Of a stretch of 64,000 bases of DNA, positions 57,965-64,000 are shown piece by piece; positions within the stretch are counted from its first letter, which is position 1; each line of letters opens with the position of its first letter. The notes below the pieces were generated by a model. The model had not been told where the DNA came from. It saw nothing but the letters and a program-made list of their open reading frames with translations, and did no database searches. The position numbers and the translations under genes were made by a program. Origin of the DNA: an uncultured Alphaproteobacteria bacterium (lineage in GTDB: Bacteria; Pseudomonadota; Alphaproteobacteria; CACIAM-22H2); the NCBI GenBank assembly GCA_963748455.1, contig CAVVJD010000022.1, forward strand, positions 704,143-768,142, in the 5' to 3' direction.

Positions 57965-58326
57965 CCACCTCTCCCCCAGAAAAGGGCTGTCTGGAGCGAA
58001 TTCTCCGACAGATTGTTTCAAGTAATAACAAATGATTAAAAAGCAAGCACCGTGCCACTTCCGATTACTCTACTTTCGTCAAGTGGTTAATTCGATTGTG
58101 GCAATATCGATTAATTCTAAATTGATAAATGCGTTGACGGTTTTCTCCCTCAAATGCATGGGATTCCTCTCCGTTCGGACGTACTCCATGACCGCGTGTG
58201 CGTGGTGTGACGGCTTCGGCGCCGGCCCATGCCTATGGCGCTGGCGCGTCGGACTTGGGCCAGCCCGTCGTTCTGAAGATTTCGGCTGAATCGCCTAAGC
58301 GACTGTTATTCCGGTTCTTTTACGAC

Positions 58327-58518
58327 CTAGCTGTAAATATCGCCGACGGCGGCACCGGCCGCCGTGCCAATCACAGCCGCCGCGCCGACGGACAATCCGC
58401 CCACGACGATCCCGACCGCGGTGCCAACCGCGGCGCCCGCTACCGCGCCGGTCAACGTGCATTGTTCTGTACGGCTCAAATTCAAATTGCCGGCGACAGA
58501 CAGCAGAACCATCCCCAA
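58327..58518 (-). CDS. glycine-zipper small membrane protein
   Basis: 63 aa ORF. GAVAGAAVGTAVGIVVGGLSVGAAAVIGTAAGAAVG carries GxxxG-type glycine-zipper repeats. The start codon is uncertain. Confidence 0.5.
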   Translation of the reverse strand: MGMVLLSVAGNLNLSRTEQCTLTGAVAGAAVGTAVGIVVGGLSVGAAAVIGTAAGAAVGDIYS

Positions 58519-58675
58519 AATGATGCCGAGAGGCGGCCTGATACCGACACCTTATGGTTTAGAATCATGATCATACCGTCTACATTGCGGCTTCGGATCA
58601 GTTGTAAATAAGGTTGTCAGTTCAGCCGCCAACGGGCTGGACGGCGCCGGCGCCCCTCTCCCATTATGCCGGGCC

Positions 58676-59659
58676 ATGACCGCCGAATTCTCTCTCGACC
58701 GGCTGGAAGACGCCGCGCGGCGCGTGCATGCGAGCGTGCCAGCCACCCCGCAATATTGCTGGCCGCTGCTGTCGGCCAGGCTCGGCGCCGAGGTGTGGGT
58801 CAAGCACGAGAACCACACGCCGGTCGGCGCCTTCAAGATCCGCGGCGGGCTCGTCCAAATGGCCGAGATCAAGGCGGACCATCCGGACATCGCCGGTGTC
58901 ATCACCGCCACGCGCGGCAATCACGGGCAGAGCGTTGCCTTCGCGGCGCGGCGCCTTGGTGTGGCGGCGACGATCGTCGTGCCGCATGGCAACAGCGTCG
59001 AGAAGAACGCGGCGATGCGTGCATTGGGCGCCACGCTGATCGAGCACGGCAGCGATTTCCAGGCCGCGTTCGAATTCGCGCAAGGCCAGGCGCGCGAACG
59101 CAAGCTGCATTTCTTCCCGTCCTATTCCGCCGCCCTGGTGCGCGGCGTTGCCTCCTACGCGCTGGAATTCTTCCGCGGTGCCGGCGCGCTCACGCGCGTC
59201 TACGTGCCGGTCGGGATGGGCTCCGGCATTTGCGCGGTGATCGCGGCGCGCGATGCGCTGAACCTGAGCACGGAAATCGTCGGGGTGGTCAGCGCCAACG
59301 CCGCGTCCTATGCGCTGTCATTCGCGGCCGGTCGCGCCATCAGCACGAATACCGCCGACACGTTTGCCGATGGCGTTGCCTGTCGGGTGCCGAATGCGGA
59401 GGCGCTGGCGATCATCCTGAAGGGTGCCGCGCGCATCGTCAGCGTGGGCGAAGGCGAAATCCGCGCCGCGATGCGCCATTATTTTACCGACACGCACAAC
59501 GTCGTCGAAGGGGCAGGGGCGGTGCCGCTGGCGGCAGCGCTGAAAGAGCGCGCGCGCAATAGCGGACAGCGCATCGGCCTGATCCTGTCGGGCGGCAATA
59601 TCGACCGTGCCTTGTTCGCCGACATTCTCGCCACCACCGATCTCGAGGACGCCGCATGA
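58676..59659 (+). CDS. PLP-dependent serine/threonine dehydratase family enzyme
   Basis: Intact 327 aa ORF. It has ..VKHENHTPVGAFKIRGG (PLP-Lys motif), ..ATRGNHGQSVAFAA.. and ..GMGSGICAV... Confidence 0.85.
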   Translation: MTAEFSLDRLEDAARRVHASVPATPQYCWPLLSARLGAEVWVKHENHTPVGAFKIRGGLVQMAEIKADHPDIAGVITATRGNHGQSVAFAARRLGVAATIVVPHGNSVEKNAAMRALGATLIEHGSDFQAAFEFAQGQARERKLHFFPSYSAALVRGVASYALEFFRGAGALTRVYVPVGMGSGICAVIAARDALNLSTEIVGVVSANAASYALSFAAGRAISTNTADTFADGVACRVPNAEALAIILKGAARIVSVGEGEIRAAMRHYFTDTHNVVEGAGAVPLAAALKERARNSGQRIGLILSGGNIDRALFADILATTDLEDAA

Positions 59660-60369
59660 CCCAGGAATTGTTCCGCGACGATGCCTACCAGCAATCCTGC
59701 GAAGCGACCGTCACCCAGGCGGACGAGGTCGGCATCCGGCTCGATCAGACCGTGTTCTATCCGATGGGCGGCGGCCAGCCGGGGGATTTCGGCACGCTGA
59801 CGCGCGCAGACGGCAGCGTGATCGCGATTACCGACACGCGCAAAGGAGCGGCGCAAGGCGAGATCCTGCATCTGCCCGCGGCGGGCGCCGCACTGCCGCA
59901 AGTCGGCGAAAAGGTCGTGGCGACGATCGATTGGGCGCGGCGCTACAAGCACATGCGCATGCACACCTGCCTGCATCTGCTGTGCGCGGTGGTGCCGGCG
60001 GGCGTGACCGGCGGACAGATCGGCGACGCGCGCTCGCGCCTCGATTTCGATATCGGCGAGCTGGTGCTGGACAAGGACAAGATCGCGGCGGAGCTCAATC
60101 GGCTGATCGGCGGGAATCACAACGTGGGGGCGCGCTGGATCAGCGACGAGGAGCTGGCGGCGACGCCGGAGCTGGTGCGCACCATGTCGGTGAAGCCGCC
60201 GACGGGGCAGGGGAAGGTGCGGCTTCTCGATGTCGCCGGGATCGATCTGCAGCCCTGCGGCGGCACGCATGTGCGCGCGACGGCCGAGATCGGCCCGGTC
60301 ACGGTCGAGAAGATCGAGAACAAGGGCAAACGCAACCGCCGCGTGGTGGTGGCGCTGGCGGCGCCTTAG
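59656..60369 (+). CDS. alaX: alanyl-tRNA editing protein AlaX (AlaXM-type, second additional domain)
   Basis: Intact 237 aa ORF. It has HTCLHLL (HxxxH) and CGGTHV zinc/editing motifs. Its ATG overlaps the dehydratase stop (ATGA at 59656-59659). Confidence 0.85.
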   Translation: MTQELFRDDAYQQSCEATVTQADEVGIRLDQTVFYPMGGGQPGDFGTLTRADGSVIAITDTRKGAAQGEILHLPAAGAALPQVGEKVVATIDWARRYKHMRMHTCLHLLCAVVPAGVTGGQIGDARSRLDFDIGELVLDKDKIAAELNRLIGGNHNVGARWISDEELAATPELVRTMSVKPPTGQGKVRLLDVAGIDLQPCGGTHVRATAEIGPVTVEKIENKGKRNRRVVVALAAP

Positions 60370-60385
60370 CACCGGAGCATCTATG

Positions 60386-60556
60386 TCCCTCTCCGCCGCG
60401 AAGCGGGGGAGAGGGAAGGGGCCCGTCGCGAAGCGACGGGAAGGGTGAGGTGGTCTCACCGCTCTCAAGATGTCGAGCATCTCGCGGCTGAGAGACCCAC
60501 CTCACCCGCTCGCTCACGCTCGCACCCTCTCCCCCGCTTACGCGGGCGGAGAGGGT
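60386..60556. repeat. family-2 composite palindromic (REP-like) cluster
   Basis: Four hairpins: TCCCTCTCCGCCGCGAAGCGGGGGAGAGGGA (60386..60416); CCCGTCGC-gaa-GCGACGGG (60422..60440); the long inverted repeat GGGTGAGGTGGTCTC..GAGACCCACCTCACCC (60443..60507); and ACCCTCTCC..GGAGAGGGT (60524..60556). It lies in the convergent gap between alaX and the DUF1194 gene. Confidence 0.8.
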
Positions 60557-60578
60557 TAGTGGGCATTAAAGGGACGCG

Positions 60579-61295
60579 TCAGCGCTGATCGTCGCGCAGC
60601 TGGGCGATGGCGAGCGGCACGCTCGCGATTTCGCGGATCAGCTTGTTGCGGATCGCGAAAGCGAAATCGTCGAAATCGGCCGCGGCCATGACGAACGCGC
60701 CGGGGCCGCCAATGACGTTTTCCTCGTAATAGCGATCGAGCCCACCGACCTCGTTCAAGATGGCGAGGCCGTTGATGGTGATGCCTTCGGCCACCGCGTC
60801 ATCGCGCGCGTAGTGCACGAGCCGGCCGGAATTGTTGGTGCCGTCGCCGGAAACATCGATGACGCGCCGCCGCCCCTCGAATTCGTTCTTGCCGAACATC
60901 GGGCGGATGAAATCGATGGCGCCACTGATCGAGGTGCCGCCGCGATTGAGAAAGCGTGGGACGCGCGCCATCGCGCCAGCAAAGGACTCGGCGGCGTCGG
61001 CGCTGTCGATATAGGTCCAACCGATCGCCTGATTCTGCAGATAGGGTCCCGACCATTGAACATAGGTCACCGCGATGGCGCCGACCTCGCCCGAGCGGAT
61101 GGCGGCAATGATCGCGGGATGCGCGAAGGCGGCGGCATAGCCGCGAACCTGCAGGGCGAATTCATCGTCGTCGATGCTGCCCGAACAGTCGACCGCAAGC
61201 ACAAGTTCGAGATCCACCGCCGTTTCGGCGCGCGCCGCGAACGGCGGGACCAAAGCCAGCCAGAGAAGACACAGGAACCGGATTGCTCGCCGCAT
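60579..61295 (-). CDS. DUF1194 (vWA-like) domain protein, secreted
   Basis: MRRAIRFLCLLWLALVPPFAARAE is the signal peptide (start 61295 in ORF 60579..61325). It also has LAVDCSGSIDDDEF (a DxSxS MIDAS-like motif) and ..VIDVSGDGTNN... Confidence 0.8.
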   Translation of the reverse strand: MRRAIRFLCLLWLALVPPFAARAETAVDLELVLAVDCSGSIDDDEFALQVRGYAAAFAHPAIIAAIRSGEVGAIAVTYVQWSGPYLQNQAIGWTYIDSADAAESFAGAMARVPRFLNRGGTSISGAIDFIRPMFGKNEFEGRRRVIDVSGDGTNNSGRLVHYARDDAVAEGITINGLAILNEVGGLDRYYEENVIGGPGAFVMAAADFDDFAFAIRNKLIREIASVPLAIAQLRDDQR

Positions 61296-61385
61296 CGCTG
61301 ACCGCCTTTCGCGGCTGGCTGACAACTCCGCCCGGATCTCAAGTGTACAGACAGGATGAGGCCGGCGCCAAGCCCGGCTTAGCGA

Positions 61386-61859
61386 TCAGCCGCCATAGCA
61401 TTCCCGGCGCACGACCAGCCGCTCGGGCTCGCGCAACATCGTCGCCGCGCCGCGATCGCCACCGGGACTGTTCAGCCGATAGGCAAAGGAATCCGGAATT
61501 ACCTTTGTGTCGCTGCCCGGCAGCAGCCATTCCAGGCGCACGGTGCGCTGGCGCCGGTCGGATGGGTCGGTCTCGATGCGCAGGATGCGGTAAAATGGGC
61601 CGGGCGGATCGACGAGCTCGGGCTGGTCGATCATCTCGGCATTGCCGAATTGCGTGGCCTCGAGCACCTGCAGGCGCAAGCTTGCCAGGCATTCCTCCGA
61701 CGGCTCGGGCAGGCGCCAGCCGGCAAGCTCGAGCGCCATGAAATCCTCGACCAGCTGCGCATCCGTACCTTGTGCGCGCAACGCCGCGCCGAGCGACAGA
61801 GCGAGTATGCCGGCGAGCAAAAGCAGCGCTGCCGGACGGCCAAATCGCCATGACTTCAT
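61386..61859 (-). CDS. hypothetical secreted protein
   Basis: Intact 157 aa ORF with the signal peptide MKSWRFGRPAALLLLAGILALSLGAALRAQG. Its ATG overlaps the MarR gene stop by 4 nt. I recognise no family. Confidence 0.5.
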   Translation of the reverse strand: MKSWRFGRPAALLLLAGILALSLGAALRAQGTDAQLVEDFMALELAGWRLPEPSEECLASLRLQVLEATQFGNAEMIDQPELVDPPGPFYRILRIETDPSDRRQRTVRLEWLLPGSDTKVIPDSFAYRLNSPGGDRGAATMLREPERLVVRRECYGG

Positions 61860-62371
61860 GTGTCGTCGGACTCCCCTGATGCGTCGTCGCTCGGCGCATC
61901 CTTGATACTCGATTCGGCGATGGTGCGCAGCGCCACAACAAAGGCAGCGCGCGACGCGGACGGCAACGGCGCAAGAATGCGCTGCTGCGTGCGCTCGACG
62001 CCGGGCAGCGCCTTGCGCACGGCCTGCACGCCCGCCGGCAGCACGACCAGCGTATTGGCGCGCTGATCGCGACCGCTGCGACGCCGACGGATGAAGCCGC
62101 GGCGGACCAGCCGCGTCACCATATCGCCGACCGTCGAGCGATCAACGCCGGTCGACGTCACAAGCTCGGTCTGGGTGAGGCCGGGGTTTTGCGCGATCGC
62201 CACCAGAATCGCGAACTGGCGCGGGGTCAGGCTGGGGCCGACTTCCTCGACGAAGATTTCGACCGCGCGCTGCTGGCAGCGGCGCAACAGATGGCCGGGC
62301 GCGTCGATCAGATTGTAGATCGCGACAAGCTCGTCCGTCGCCGGGCGGTCACGCCGTTTGCGTCGACTCAT
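61856..62371 (-). CDS. MarR family transcriptional regulator
   Basis: MSRRKRRDRP.. (start 62371 in ORF 61856..62452). The winged HTH is ..LTPRQFAILVAIAQNPGLTQTELVTSTGVDRSTVGDMVTRLVRRGFIRR... Confidence 0.85.
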   Translation of the reverse strand: MSRRKRRDRPATDELVAIYNLIDAPGHLLRRCQQRAVEIFVEEVGPSLTPRQFAILVAIAQNPGLTQTELVTSTGVDRSTVGDMVTRLVRRGFIRRRRSGRDQRANTLVVLPAGVQAVRKALPGVERTQQRILAPLPSASRAAFVVALRTIAESSIKDAPSDDASGESDDT

Positions 62372-62606
62372 CGGCGTGGGATTCCTTTCACGTGCCACGG
62401 TCCCCAGGGCAAGCGGGGGCGAATATAAGCGCGCGCCGCGCCCGGGTGGCAAGCGCGGAGGGAGTATGACCTCAACCTGTGGATATACATGGGTTTTCGG
62501 GAAATTCGTCTGTACACGGAATATTTCGGCTGCATACGGAGCATCGTTGCGCTAAGCTTGCCGCAATCGGGTCGCCAGCGACCGCCAAACAACGGGAGAA
62601 AGCGCG

Positions 62607-63677
62607 ATGGAATTCGGCTTGCAGTTCTTTCCCGATATCGGACCGTCGATCAAACCGGCCGACGGGTATTTCGCCGAGTGCCTGCATCTGTGCGATCTCG
62701 CCGACGCGCTGGGCTACACGCATATCCGCACGGTCGAGCATTATTTCGAGGCGTATGGCGGCTACAGCCCCAACCCCATCGTCTTCCTGACGGCGGCGGC
62801 GATGCGCACGCGCAAAGCACGCCTGATCACCGGCGCGGTGCTGCCGGTGTTCAACAATCCGCTCAAGCTCGCGGGCGAGATCGGCATGCTCGACGCCATC
62901 TCCGGTGGACGGCTGGAGGTCGGGTTCGCGCGCGCCTTCCTGCCGCATGAATTCTCGCGCTTCGGCATTTCTCCCGACGAAAGTCGTGCCCGCTTCGTCG
63001 AAGGCATGGAGCAGGTGCGCCTGCTGCTGGAGAACGAGCACGTCAATCACAGCGGCCAGTACCACCAGATCCGCGACGTGACGTCGCTGCCGCGACCGAC
63101 GCAGACGCCGCGCCCGCCGTTCTGGGTGGCAGCCCTGGGCACGCCGCAATCCTTCATCGAGGCCGGCAAGGCCGGGCATTCGGTGATGGCGATCCCGCTG
63201 GCCGGCGGCAAGATGACCGAGTTGCTCGGCCTCTATCGCGACGCCTGGCGCAGCGCCGGCCATCCCGGCAAGGGTCGCGTCATGCTGGCCTTCCACATGT
63301 ATTGCGCGCCGACGACCAAGGAAGCCGCCGATATCGCGCGCATGCCGCTTAACCGCTATCTGACGTCGCTCTGCGACGCAGCGTCGGCGTGGACCGAGGG
63401 CACGAGCTCCAAGGATTATCCCGGCTACGACAAGATCATCGCGGGCCTGCGCGCCGAGACGTTCGAGAGCCAAGTCGAGAAGGGGGCGGCCTGGGTCGGC
63501 TCGCCCGGCGATATCGCCGACCAGATCGCCGAGTACCAGCGCAAATCCGGCGGGTTCGAGATTGCCTCGCTGCAGGTCAATTTCAACACCATCACGCGCG
63601 AGGAGGCGGAACGCTCGATCCGCCTGCTGAGCAAAGACGTCATGCCGCGCTTTGCCTCGGCGGCGGTGGCCGCGTAA
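62607..63677 (+). CDS. LLM-class (luciferase-like) flavin-dependent oxidoreductase
   Basis: Intact 356 aa ORF with MEFGLQFFP..YTHIRTVEHYFEAYGGYSPNP..GRLEVGFARAF.. and ..GSPGDIADQIAEY... Confidence 0.88.
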   Translation: MEFGLQFFPDIGPSIKPADGYFAECLHLCDLADALGYTHIRTVEHYFEAYGGYSPNPIVFLTAAAMRTRKARLITGAVLPVFNNPLKLAGEIGMLDAISGGRLEVGFARAFLPHEFSRFGISPDESRARFVEGMEQVRLLLENEHVNHSGQYHQIRDVTSLPRPTQTPRPPFWVAALGTPQSFIEAGKAGHSVMAIPLAGGKMTELLGLYRDAWRSAGHPGKGRVMLAFHMYCAPTTKEAADIARMPLNRYLTSLCDAASAWTEGTSSKDYPGYDKIIAGLRAETFESQVEKGAAWVGSPGDIADQIAEYQRKSGGFEIASLQVNFNTITREEAERSIRLLSKDVMPRFASAAVAA

Positions 63678-63718
63678 CATCGGCGGATAGCATCCGCGTC
63701 TAGAGTTGCGAGCCGAAT

Positions 63719-64000
63719 ATGGAGTGCGTCGAGACCGCCGTTTTTCGCGAGGCCATGCGCCGCCTGGCGGCCGGCGTCACCATCGTTACCGCGGTGCACG
63801 ACGGCGAGAAGGGCGGGCTGACGGCAACGGCCGTGTGCTCGCTCTCGGCCGATCCGCCGCAGATCCTGGTCTGCGTCAACCGCAGTGCTCGCGCGCACGA
63901 CCTGATCCACAAGGGCGACCGGATGTGCGTCAATGTGCTGGCGCATGAGCAGCAGGCCCTCGCCGCGCGCTTTGCCGGTCAGAACGGCATCACCGGGCCG
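63719..64000 (+). CDS. flavin reductase (HpaC/NtaB-like), 3' end outside the window
   Basis: Not in the ORF track because there is no stop before the window edge. My translation from ATG 63719 gives MECVETAVFREAMRRLAAGVTIVTAVHDGEKGGLTATAVCSLSADPPQILVCVNRSARAHDLIHKGDRMCVNVLAHEQQALAARFAGQNGITGP, a typical flavin reductase domain. It is the partner of the upstream LLM oxidoreductase. Confidence 0.75.
   Translation, partial: MECVETAVFREAMRRLAAGVTIVTAVHDGEKGGLTATAVCSLSADPPQILVCVNRSARAHDLIHKGDRMCVNVLAHEQQALAARFAGQNGITGP

Overview
This is a high-GC chromosomal segment that looks alphaproteobacterial. The call rests on the gene order gpsA-tsaD / hemC-hemD-mic60-like-hemY, lptD/lptE, DUF1674, DUF1194 and multiple TRAP transporters. 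I support about 60 protein genes, one tRNA-Thr(CGU), two families of palindromic intergenic repeats and several hairpin terminators. I see no rRNA, CRISPR array, integrase, transposase or prophage.

Content is mostly housekeeping and transport:
- rpe, acs, rsmB, htpX, rhlE and the heme biosynthesis genes
- two TRAP loci carrying three substrate-binding-protein genes between them
- a TPP-dependent E1 alpha/beta pair
- an RpiR / aminotransferase / amino-acid-binding-protein cluster

Two caveats dominate. First, long antisense and off-frame ORFs in the track are high-GC artefacts. Second, at least about 30 single-base frameshifts break otherwise recognisable genes, including essential ones such as tsaD and lptE. 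That points to assembly or consensus error. A roughly ten-fold denser patch over 31.9-36.5 kb may be genuine decay.

The most interesting unexplained signals:
1. Two tandem paralogous small ORFs at 45.15-45.99 kb, next to tRNA-Thr and a short O-methyltransferase. Each sits behind a conserved leader of about 128 nt that looks structured.
2. An internally duplicated protein of unknown function (41926..42756), divergent from an E1alpha/beta-DctPQM operon that has no E2 or E3.
3. A hemD ORF that runs without a stop into the Mic60/mitofilin-like gene of the hem cluster.
4. Two repeat families that sit in convergent gene gaps and inside a TRAP operon.

I found no clearly novel multi-gene system. All functional calls come from motif and family recognition by eye, with no database search.
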